Below, piece by piece: positions 32,201-43,095 of a stretch of DNA of 64,000 bases. The stretch comes from Hyaloraphidium curvatum SAG 235-1. Its lineage: Eukaryota > Fungi > Monoblepharomycota. The DNA lies in the NCBI GenBank assembly GCA_025558095.1, contig JAIVFI010000015.1, forward strand, positions 620,001-684,000. Reading direction: 5' to 3'. How positions within the stretch are numbered: position 1 is the stretch's first letter; every line of letters starts with the position of its first letter. Made by a program: the position numbers and the translations under genes. Under the pieces are notes generated by a model. It was not told where the DNA came from. It made no database searches and saw nothing but the letters and a program-made list of their open reading frames with translations.

Positions 32201-32718
32201 CCGAATCCGTTGCTTCCGGCTGTGAAGACGTTGCCGGTCTCCTCGATCCCAATGACGTGCTGATTCCCGCCGACCAGCTGCACGAACTTGCGCGCAGCGG
32301 TCATGCGCCTGAAGTAGGTGACATAGCCCTGCTGGTCGGTTCCCCAAAACACAGCGGTGCCGTTAGATAGGAGGGCAAAGGCGTATTCATCGCCTCCCCC
32401 GAAGGACGTCGCGCCGGCGGCGGCGGCAGGTACGTCGACAAGCTCGGTGTAGTAACCTCCCCACGCCCGCACGCTCCCGTCTTCGCGGACAACGAAAGCA
32501 ACGTCGTCCATAGCTCCGATTCTGATCGCTTTGAGTCCGGTGGCGGCGCTCGCGAGAAAAGGGAGGATCATGAGCGAGAGCGGCACCAGGCGCCGCGCCG
32601 ACCACACGCGGCGGGCATCGCGGCCAGCGAAGCGCCCGCCGATGAGGCCGGCCGAACGCCGGTCAATCATGCGGCTCCCTGCGCGGTAGGCGGGGGTCCT
32701 CAAGGAGCGTCGGGCCAT
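29267..32718 (-). CDS. Single-pass receptor-like TKL kinase with an RCC1/BLIP-II repeat ectodomain, multi-exon
   Basis: Hydrophobic signal segment, ~7 repeats of V.AWG…GQ.NVP.DL.GV.QVAAG..HS.ALLSDG, a Cys-containing linker domain, TM IGAIVGGVVGGLALVALVAGVILYA, and kinase GEGGFG/VAVK/HGDLK/DFG/APE. The splice junction at ~31350-31640 is unresolved. Confidence 0.78.
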
Positions 32719-33427
32719 TCTGGCCGTCAGGGGACGGAACGCGGCGGTGGGTGTGGCCAGGCTGAGCCCAATAAAGCCAATCTGAGCCGGAGAGATGTGC
32801 TCGCGATCGACGGCCTCGGCCACGGAATCAAGCGGTTTTTTAAATGAAAACAAGACCGTGGCAGTGGTAGGGAAATCGCGTCGTCGATTCTTCCCGGAAT
32901 CCAACGTGCCCGCGGATCCGAGGAAGTTCCCCAAGCTGCCCCTCGTTCGCGAGATTCTGTGGTTACCGGGCGACTGGGTTCATTCTATTCATCTCTGAGG
33001 CCTACTGCAGCACGGAAGATATGTGGGCGAGCTCTGATGGCTCACGGATCTAGACAACGCAGTTGAGTATTCATGGGGAACGTCCTGGCACCGAACCCGC
33101 TTCCAGGCAATCCTGTCGGCAGCTGATTTCGACAATGCGGGCCCGTCCTGCCTCCATAACTGCGCAGGAGCTTTGTCCGATACTTCCTTTCCTCAACGCA
33201 GCGGGTTATCGTCGGCTCACGGACGTTCGACACGGGTCGGGCGTTCGGAGTGGCGCAGTGCACAGCACGTCGGGGCGAGACGTCGGGGCTTTACCTGGAC
33301 GAAAAGTACAAGAGGACGGCCGATCCAGGCCCGCCCGAACATCGAAACCGGCCAAAGAAACAACGTGATTCGAAGCACATTGGCTCAGACTGACCGTGAC
33401 AATACGACCCCGAAACTGTCGCGCGAA

Positions 33428-33862
33428 ATGGGCTGCCATCCCTGCACCGTGTCGCGCGGCCCGATCGAACATCTTGCCTGGCCTTCGACATCGACGTCGA
33501 CACCCGAACCGACCAGCCACACGGAAACCATCCAGACCCTCCTGAGCTTCTCCTTCTTCCCCCTCATGTGGGCCTTGCTTGCCGTCTTCCGCTGGGCGGT
33601 AGCGTCGAGCTGGCTTTCCCTCCTTCTGGACTACATCCCGTACCTGCTCGCACACGCGTGCTTTTGGACCTGCGCGGCCTTTAGCATCTACTTGGGGCTG
33701 ATAGCCGCCGAGTTCTGGAGGACGCTCGAGAAGCGCATTGACGATGCCTCGTTCGCGATCGGGGCGATCCTCTGCGTGCTTCTGATGGTTGTCATGGGCT
33801 CTTTTGCCGCCGTTGCGGGAATCTTGTCGCTCGGATCGGCCGCCTTGATATTGCTCATGTAG
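33428..33862 (+). CDS. Small hypothetical multi-pass membrane protein
   Basis: The C-terminal half of ORF 33173-33862 has 3-4 hydrophobic helices. Start uncertain. Confidence 0.4.
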   Translation: MGCHPCTVSRGPIEHLAWPSTSTSTPEPTSHTETIQTLLSFSFFPLMWALLAVFRWAVASSWLSLLLDYIPYLLAHACFWTCAAFSIYLGLIAAEFWRTLEKRIDDASFAIGAILCVLLMVVMGSFAAVAGILSLGSAALILLM

Positions 33863-34109
33863 TCGCGAGTAACTGACAAGTTGGAGACGGAGCGGGATGC
33901 GTTGGACGGCACATGGCTCTGCCGGAGATTGGGACAGATACCTCTAGATCGTAGAGACAGACAAGAATCTAGAATATCGATGATGCTTTGCTTTGAAGCC
34001 TTTACCGACCGAGGAGCTCGTCCGTCCCCGCGGTCCGTGAGCCCACCCGCCCTGCCCGAGTCAACCACGTCAAACACGGTTCTCGCGCTCCCCGCCCACC
34101 TTCCCCGCC

Positions 34110-36977
34110 ATGGCGTCGCCCGCCGACGGCGCGGCGGACGCGGCGGTGTCGCCGCGCGCGAGCGTCGACGCGCCCGCGCCGCCCGAGCCTGCGCCGGCGC
34201 CGCCGCCCGCGGCGCCCAAGAAGGGCGGGCTGCAGGCCGACGAGGGCTTCAACGCCGCGCTGAAAGTGTGGCTCGGTGGGAATTCCGTTCCTTAAATCGA
34301 TGGGCGGAGCTGATCCCGGAGCCAGACATCAACTTGACGAAGCTGCGGCCGCAGCTGGACGCGCAGGGCCTCGAGGTCGTCGAGGCGCAGAAGGAGAACC
34401 TCGCCGGCAGGAAGCGGCTGGCCGAGCTGACAAAGGACTGGCGCAAGGGCTCGGAGGACGAGAAGAAGGAGGGCTGGACCGCGCTGCTCAAGGGTGGGCG
34501 CGGCGGGCCCCTCCTGGGAAGGACGCTCACGGACGCGGCCGCCAAACAGCATACCAGAATGAAATCGACTCAATCACGAAGCGGGGCAAGACCGCAGAGA
34601 TGCACTTTCTCAACCTGTACCGCCTGCTCGCCGAGGCGCCGGACCCGGGGATGCTCATCAAATCGGTCCTCGTGGGTGGCAGCTGGACCGCTTCGTCGTC
34701 CCTCCCCAGTGACCGCTGACTCCCTACCTTTTCCTTCAGGACCAATCTTCCTCCCTCACCGACTCGGAAACCCTGAGCCTGGAGAACCAGCGCCTGCGCG
34801 CGGACCTCGACGCCCAGGTCCGCGAAATGGCCTCGCTCCGCTCCCAGGCCGCCGAAGGCCAGCAGGCCGCCTCGCGGCTCTCCCGTCTCGAGCAAACGAT
34901 GGAGCAGCAGGTCTCGGACCGGGTCGACGCCGCGGAGCGCGCGCTGCGGATCGAGCTGGAGGAGAAGACGGCGCTGTTCCGCGAGCGCGAACACGCGCTG
35001 CAGAGGCAGCTGGCACAGCACCTGGCGGCGCTGGCGGCGCTGCAGAGCACGCACGACGTGGCGCAGAGGAGGCTCGTGGAGGGGGAGGAAGAGAGGTACG
35101 GGAGGGAGGTTGAGGGGCGGTGGAGGGAGGTGGAGATGCTGCAGAGCGAGGTGGAGCGGGAGCGCGCGAGGCGGGGCGAGGTCGAGAGGGAGAACGTGGG
35201 TCACAGGCAATGCTGGTTCGTCCCACGACGTGGACTGACGACTTCTCTCGCTCTTGACCCACAGGAGCTGCTCAAGCAGAAGCTTGAGCGCGCCCTCGCG
35301 GTGCCCGACCCGCAATCCCTCCACCACCTCCAATCCCTCCTCTCGGCCTCGGAGCAGGAATCCTCCCGCCTCCTCGGCGAGCTCGAGCGCACCAAGCAGC
35401 AGCTCTCGCAGCTGCGGCAGCAGGCCGAGTCCAAGGAGGAGGAGCTCGCCTCGCGGGCGTCGACGCTGGCGGCGGAGCTCGACGGCCTGCGGCGCAAGTT
35501 CTCGGCCGACGGCGAGGGCGAGCTCGAGCGGCTGAGGAAGGAGGTCGAGGTGCTCCGGAGCGTCGAGTTTGGCGCCGAGGCCCTCCCCGACGTCGCCGCG
35601 GGCGAGGGCGAGGACGCCTTCTCGCCGCTGTCCATGTCGGTACCGCTGGACAAGCTGCTCATGCGCAAGAACAAGCGGCTGGCCGCAGAAAACACGGAGC
35701 GCGCGCTGCAGGTCACGGAGCTCTCGTCGCGCATCACCAAGCTCGAGGGGCAGATCGTCGACCTCGCCCGGCGCGAGGCCGAGAAGGACAGGCTGATCAA
35801 GCGGCTCGAGGACGATTTGCTGCGCGTGGATCCGATGCGGGCAGGGCCGGGATCCGTCACGGCGGGGCCGTGGGCGGTGTCGACTCCCACCCTGGGCCTG
35901 CCTTCCGCGGGCATCGTCTCGGCCGCGGCCGGCGGGCCGCAATCTCCTCCGCTGGGCGGTCCCGCAGCCGGGCCCGCTACCGCCGCTGCCTCGGCATCGG
36001 ACCAGCAGGCCTCGCTGATCCGCATCCTGACGGCGCAGAGGGACAGGTATCGCCACCGCAACGGAGAGCTTGAGGAGCTGCACCGCAAGGACCTGGAGCA
36101 GCTGTCCGAGTACCGGACCGCACTCGAGGGCCTGAAGGAGGACAACCTGAAGCTCTATGAAAAGGTCAGGTTCCTCCAGAGCGCCGGTGCTGGGGGAGCG
36201 CCTGCCAACGGCGGGGTGGACGAGTGGGAAGAGTCGGGCGAGGCCGACATCGAGGCCGGCGGGGGAAAGGGCGGCAAAGGGAGCCGGTTCAACATGGTGC
36301 CGCTGTTCGGCAAGGGAGGAGGCGGCGGCCGGGGCGGGGAAGCCGCCGACGGGCTGTCGACGCCGAGGAAGCCCTTCAAGTCGACCGTGTCGTCGGCTTC
36401 GGGCTCGCCGTCGAACCAGGCGGCCGCGGCGGCGCGGTCCCAGCACGCGCCGAGCGTGGAATCCAAGTACGCGCCCATGTACGAGGCACGGCTGGACCCC
36501 TTTTCGCGCTTCTCGCGGACCGAGGAGATGCGGCGGGTCAACTCGCTGCCGCCGCTGGACAAGGCGACGCTGCAGTTCACCCGCTTCTTCCTGGCGAACC
36601 GGTACACCCGCATGTCCTTCCTCATGTACGCGGGCTTGCTGCACCTCCTCGTCACGGCGCTTCTGTACCGGTGGAGCACCTTCGAGGAGTGCCGGCACGA
36701 CCACGGCAAGGATTGGCTGCGCGAGCAGTGCGTGAACTCGTTCGGGGCCGGGGTCCTCACCGGGGCGGGCGGCGCGGGCCTGGGGACCAAGGATCCCGCG
36801 GGCGGGCTGAAGATGGAGAGCGGCGGGAAGCGCTTCGAGCTGGAACACAAGGGCGCGGGGTTCGTGCCAGAGGCCGGTTCCGGTCACAAGCTCGTGAAGC
36901 GCGCGGCGGCGCTCGCAGCGGACCCAAAGGCATCTGTCTGGGATGTGGCCGGGGAAGGCGCACCGTCAAAGGCCTGA
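34110..36977 (+). CDS. COY1: Golgin CASP/Coy1 (CUX1 N-terminal + CASP C-terminal), multi-exon
   Basis: RKRLAELTKDWRK, LLK|AYQNEIDSITKR..AE..FL.LY..L.EAPDP, long coiled coil, ILTAQRDRYR, DNLKLYEKVRFLQS, YEARLDPF, TM Y…LH.LV. Confidence 0.92.
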
Positions 36978-37127
36978 GATGTCGCTCTCTATGTTCAGCA
37001 CTTCAGGGGTGGCCGCTTACAGGGCCAACGCTTGTAAACCTATCGCAATACCCATGCCGAAGACTGGAATCCCCCCATGAGCTAGACACTACATCATTCA
37101 TCCCATGATTCAGTTGATTTCAGTTGA

Positions 37128-40100
37128 TTAAGAGTCCGCCTGTGCAGCGGGCACATTGACGGAAGGAACCGGTGCCAGAGACAACACTTGGTGCTTGAGC
37201 TCGCCGCCAGCTTTGTGAAACACCTTTGTCAGGAAGGTCAGATCCTTGCGGAATCGCGAATCATCGTAAGTGTCCTGCGACACCGCAGCCTCCTCAATGA
37301 GGGCAGTCAGGGTTGCCTGAGCCTTTTCGTCCGTCGTCGCCAGGCGCTTCGCCATTCCCTCGAGATCCTGACGACTCGCGACCGTCAGCCGTGGCCGCGC
37401 CCCGGTCCGAATCGTGAACGACGCCGCGTCCTTCGTTGCCGCCAATAACCCTCGCGCCGTCCCATGCCCTCCCGAAACCTGCTCCAGCGCGGCAGGAATG
37501 CTGCGAGTCGGCGGCTGGGAGCGAGCCCAGCTATTCGTCGATGCGTCCTTCCCGGTGCGCAGCGTCTCCTTCCAACGAGCCTCCGCCGACCCTGAGGACG
37601 CATCAAGTGCCGCCTGAACAGCCAAGAACAGAAAGTCGGGGCCCGGCATTGGTCTCGCGCTAGGTCCGCCGCTGGACAAGAGCTCGCTCACGTCCTGCCG
37701 AAGGTCCTCGGGCAACTGCGACCTCCAGAACGCTTTGGCGAAAGGTCCGTCCGAGAGACTGACCTCGTCCTTGGGCACCAGCCGCGGACCGAGCACTGCT
37801 AGTGTGCCTTTGGTCTCGTTCTTCACAGCAAGCGGAGTCGGCATCCTCTGCGACACTGGCGTGCTGGTCCTCTCGGGGCTTTGGTCCCGGTGCCGTTTGA
37901 GCTTCTTGGTGACGATCGGGTGGTCCAGCATTGGTCTCGCCGTCTTCTTGGCGATGTTGCGTTTGGCAGCGGGAACATCGTCCGACGACGTCGACGCAGG
38001 GGACTCTTCCGCCGCCGACGGTGCCGGAGAGGCGGCCTGTGCTCCAACCTTCCTTCGCTTGATACGGCTAGGAGCTAGCTCGCTTTCGCTGGTGCTAGCC
38101 AGGTCCGAATCAGATGCGTCGCCCGAAGCCGAAACCGATGCTCCGCGTTCGCGCCCTAGAACAGCCTCTGCCAGCGACGAAGCACGGTTGCAGCGCGGGC
38201 ACTCCTCCGGGTCGTCCAAGTTTGACTGCTTGACGATGGTGTTCGCAAAACGATGCTGCGGATTCCGCTTGCATTGGAACGCAACGAGGAAGTGGAGGCC
38301 CTTGGAAACCTTCGACGGATCCTGGTGCAGTTGCCCTTTGTTCTGCGTGTAGGTCAAGCACCGCTGCCCGAGCTCCGATTTGGGATCCAAGTCCTTGATG
38401 AACATCGCCGCAAGACCCGGGTGCGTCTCCGTCAGAGGAATCCCCCGTTTGCGCTTCGATCCGAGAAGCGGTGAAGGTTGAGGCTTCGAAGCCTTTGATG
38501 TCATAGGCGACCGTGCCTGCGGCGGCGGTGTCGGGGTCGGCGTTGGGGTGACCTCGGCTTTCGCCGCGTCCCTGGCCAGGCGACGCTTCTCCGTCCGACA
38601 AATTGGGCACGCATCAGCGGTCTTGCCCTTCGAGACCCGCTGTGATACCGTCATGGCATACTGGTGGGACGGGTCCGTGGGACACCGGAAAACGACACAC
38701 ATGCTCGATCCAGGACGTAGAGCTCCAGGGTCCGTGAAGATACGGTCGCCATTGCTCGGATGGTAACGCGCCTTGTGCCTGACGTCCGGTAGCATCGAAT
38801 CCGGATCGGTGACCATCTCCGCAGCGATGTCCGGGTACGCTTCAGCGAAAGAAGGAACGTTTTGGCTGCTCTGCGATCCGGGAGGCTCCAGCGATGCCGA
38901 GCGCGCCGATTGCCGGTCGTCGAATCCAGCCTGTGCCTCGGAGTCCCGTTGGCCGTCGACCATTGCCGCCCCGCAAGACTGTTCCGGCGCTGCAGGTTCC
39001 CGGAGAGCGGCGTGCTTCTTTCCTTTCTTGGGCACAGTCTCGGGCGCCTTTAGCGCGACCTCGACCTCGACCTCAGGTGCACGTTGAGTTCGACTCTTGA
39101 CCTTCTTCGCGCGCTTGCTTTCTGGCCGTGGGGCCGGCTCGTCGTCGTCCGACGAAATGACAACCACGTCGTTGCCGGCAGAAGGCTCGGGATTCTCAGC
39201 TTCAGCTTCCTGATTCTCCGTCGGTGCGGCGGCTTCCTCTGCCAATTGCGTAGCGGCGGCCCGTTCGGCCCGACGCGCGGCCCTCGCAGCTTTGCGTTCG
39301 GCTTTCTGTCGGTGCCTCTCTTCCTTCGCGATCCGGCGTTGCTCGATGCTTTCTGGAGTCTCTTCTTCGGCGGCCTCGACAGCGCCATCCTCAGCCTCAG
39401 CCTCTGCCTCGCCTTCGCCGGATCCAGTTGGCAGCTCATCCTGACGCTGTGCTGCTCCGTGGCCGTCGATTTCCATGTCCTGCACCACGTCCGGAGCTTC
39501 AACTTCGACCTCGGCGGCTTCCGTCGTGGGCTGTTTCGGAACTTCGGCGTCGCTGTCGCTCAAGTCGACAACCTCAACGTGCCGGTCCGCAATCTCCGGT
39601 ACTGGAACCCGCCACGTGAGGTCAGGGAACAAGTCGACCTCCTCCGCGTCCTTTGGGACGTCCCTCAGGAGTCGAACCGTCCATTGGTCGAGCACGACGT
39701 CTTCAAGGCCACATGGCGCACTAAAGGACACAAGCGTCAAAACCAGCTCTTGCCAAGAAGGCGAGGGCGGCAAACGTACCCGCACAAAGGAACCAAACAC
39801 TTCCATTCCGGTTCTTTCGAGGTAAGCTTCGTCTTGTTCATCTCCAACCATGACTCCAGGTCAAAGCAATTCGGATGCTTGCACTTTCTCCCAATCACGG
39901 GCATGGCCATCCGGGTTCCAGCCACGGGACAGCGAAGGGAAAGTTTCGCGCTGCTCAAAGCCTCCTCCTCGACATCACCGTCAGCGACGCGCCGAAAAAT
40001 CCTCGCCACGCGCTCCCGTCCGGCTGCCTCCGCGTTTGAGTGCCACGGATGGTGGATGAGAAGTCGGCAGTCCTCCGCCGTCAGCTTGACTGCTGCTTCG

Positions 40101-42424
40101 ATCGTAAGCACCCATCTCGGCGTCTCTTCGCGCGTCGCGCCGGGTGGCATGTACGCATCGTTGCCATTCCACCAGATCTCCAACGAGTTGTTTCCCGGGA
40201 CCAGATACTGCGCGGGAAGTTCTCCCGGCCGATCGCGCCCTTCCCACTTGTCGTGCGCCGGATCCGAGTTCGGTTTGCGCCTTCGTCGCAAAAGAGGCAC
40301 GCTGTGGGTGTTGAGGAGGAGCGACACAAGAGGTTCCGGATGTTCGAGCTTCCGAGGCAGCTGCAGGTTGGGTCCGAGAACGGCGTTGGCGGGCAAGCGC
40401 CGAGACCAAAGCTGAAGCATGACGTGCTTCTGCCGAATGGCCTGGAGCAGATGGGGCGAAAGATAGAAACGCACGTCCTGACCCTTGAGATCCGGCACGT
40501 TGGGCAGAATAGGATAGGACGCAGAAACCACGGTTCCGATCTTGGGCACCGGCAGGTAACGAGGATAGTGCTTTATGTCCCAAGGCTCGGTGTTGGGCGC
40601 GATGATTCTGGGAGGCAGTTTGCGATGGTCGGCTTTCAGCGGCAGGGGGTCCTGGCGAACAAGTCCGATGTTGAGGAGGCCGCGAAGACCTTCAAGGGAG
40701 CCCGACAAAAGATCGGCCGCAGGGTCAAAGATAGGCACAGCCTCTGCTTCAGCCATATTCACAGTGGGCCGCGCACTTTCGGCAACAACAGCCGGCTCGT
40801 TCGGTGCAGGACTCGTACGCACCCCCGCGGCACGCGTCGCTGCTGATTCGGCCGACATCGGCGTCGGCAAAGATTCCTTTGACGGCTCGACGGGAGTGAT
40901 GGGTGGCTTCGAGGACTCGCTGGGTGCCGGAGACGCGCTCGACAGCTGCTCTCGACGGAGCCTGGCCATGCCGTCCTTGGTGTCCACGGGGGTTTCCGGT
41001 CTCGCTCCGTCCGGCTTGGTCCCGAGCTCCTCGGTCCCATCCCGCTGACCTTCCCGTACCTTTGGCCCGCTGATGCGCTTGTACAGCTGCTTCAGGCTTT
41101 GGGTGTCCATACCCAAGAGCCACGGCGCTCCGTCCAATTCGACGCCCGTCTCGAAAGGAGAATCCTCGAGCACGTCAACGCCCTCGATGTACGCAAGCCG
41201 GATCAAAGCGCGGCCCTTTTCCCGGACGCCCTCGAACCCAGGCCGGAGGCCCGCTTCGCAGACAGCGAGGAGGACGGCCGAAGTCAGGCCCGCAAGCGGA
41301 GCAATGTAGGCGTGCGGCCGGGCGAAATGTAACAGAAGATCGTCGCACGCTTGCGCGTAGTAAGTCGGAGTGAGAGACGGGCTCGTCAACCGAACGTGCG
41401 CGGTACGCAAAGTTTTGACTGTCGCAAGCAGGCTCAGATAGATGTACTTGGCATCCGCCGGCAATGGTTCCCCCGTCGGCGGCGTCGTCGCTGACGATGG
41501 TGCCGAACGAGGAGAAAAGGTCGCCGGTATAGTGAGCACGGGGGATCCGGATCCCAAGTTCTGAACTTGCATCTGGCTCAACTGAAGCTGCTGTTGGCCT
41601 GCCAGCGGCTGCGTCGTCTGCTTCGCATAGAGAATCTGCGGCCCTGCCGCGGTCGCCCCCACGGAATAGTGCCCAGGCAAGAATGCAGAATTGGGAAAGG
41701 AAGGCTGGGAGCCATGCAGAGCGCCAGACTGTGCCATTACTCCAGCTGAAGTGGTGGCGTAGGGAATCGGTATGTAGATTTGCGGAGTCGACCCGGGCAA
41801 GAGGAGATGCTGCACGTTCTGCTGGTAGCTGGGCTGCCTAACATCCACGCCCGTATGGGATGGTTGGAGCACCGTAGGCGAGTGTTGGTGGTACTGCAGC
41901 ACCGGCGAGCCCGCCTGGTTCGCGCCGGTGTGAATCTGCGGTGGTATCGCGCCCCCGTTCGCAGTCCTTCGGATGCTCTGGGACGGCGCGGCTGCCGGTT
42001 GAGCCGCGGCCTTGGCGGGACTTGTGCCAGCAGGATTTGCCGCGGACGGCAGATGGCTTCCACTTGGCCGAGATGCAGGCGTGGCCACCGGACGCTGCGC
42101 AGGCGCAACGATTGGCGCCGGTGCCGCCGACGGCCGCGAAGACAGGGCGGCGGATTGCGTGCCCGATATGTGCCTGCCAGAAGCCAACGGAGACGCACCG
42201 TGCTGCAAAACTGAGCTCGTCGCCGGCGGCATCTCCTTCCGAGTAACCACTGGGGCGAGAACCCGGCCGACCGCAGAAGGGCCCTGCTGGGGAACGCTAT
42301 TGCGAGACGCCGCCTGCTGCTCCAAGCACGTTAGATCTGCGATCCGTTGGCCCAGAACAGGTCCCCACCTGGGCATGTTTCTCACTGGCGGCAGCCACCT
42401 CGCGGGGAAGTAGCTTTCCGACAT
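37128..42424 (-). CDS. SIZ/PIAS-like SP-RING (zf-MIZ) SUMO E3 ligase with two DUF4379-type zinc ribbons
   Basis: LSLRCPVAGTRMAMPVIGRKCKHPNCFDLESWL…WKCLVPLCG is joined by intron 39721-39779 to ORF 37128-39851. SIMs VEVVDLSDSD and VVVISSDDDE. Possible further 5' exons unresolved. Confidence 0.82.
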
Positions 42425-43095
42425 TGAGTTTCTCTGGCGAACGAAACACCAGCGTTAGATAACACTCGAGCGACCGTCACGCTCCAACAAAGTCAAAGGA
42501 GCCATAGATTCAGCAGCGACCGGCTAATCGGGCCCAGAGCCTTGTTGTCGCTTCGCAGCCAGACTGCCTCGGAGCCCCTCGCGCCCAGGCAGAGCCAAAC
42601 GACCTCCGCAGCACCAGATCTTCAAGCCATCGGCTATCTTGCTCCACGATTCTACCGCCTGACCCCGCTGTCCGCGCCTACGCACCTAGAATCGCGTTCC
42701 GCGAGCTGCGGACGTCCGTCTCCGTCTGCTGCCCAACCAGGAGCGGGCGGCTCGACTGCGGCGGGCCTTTGCCGCTGCCTCCATGTGGAGGCGACCCCGC
42801 GGCTTGACCCGCAGCGTGTCCGCGGTCCGCCATCGCGGGAGAGCGCCCGAGCCTCCCCTTCTTCGCTTTTGAGAGTGGAGGCGGGGCACGCCGCGCGACG
42901 CGCAACACAACGTGAGATGAATCTCGCGAATCACGACCCATCGGCAAACCAGCAGACACCGCATTGCAAGATAAACTACTCTAAAGACTGGATTTACTCA
43001 AGCTTGAACTGGATGCACCCGCAAACACGCTGTATTTCGATGACACTGCAAAGCCCCGATCGCAACCACGCTGAAGCGTCTCTGAGTTCGCCATT

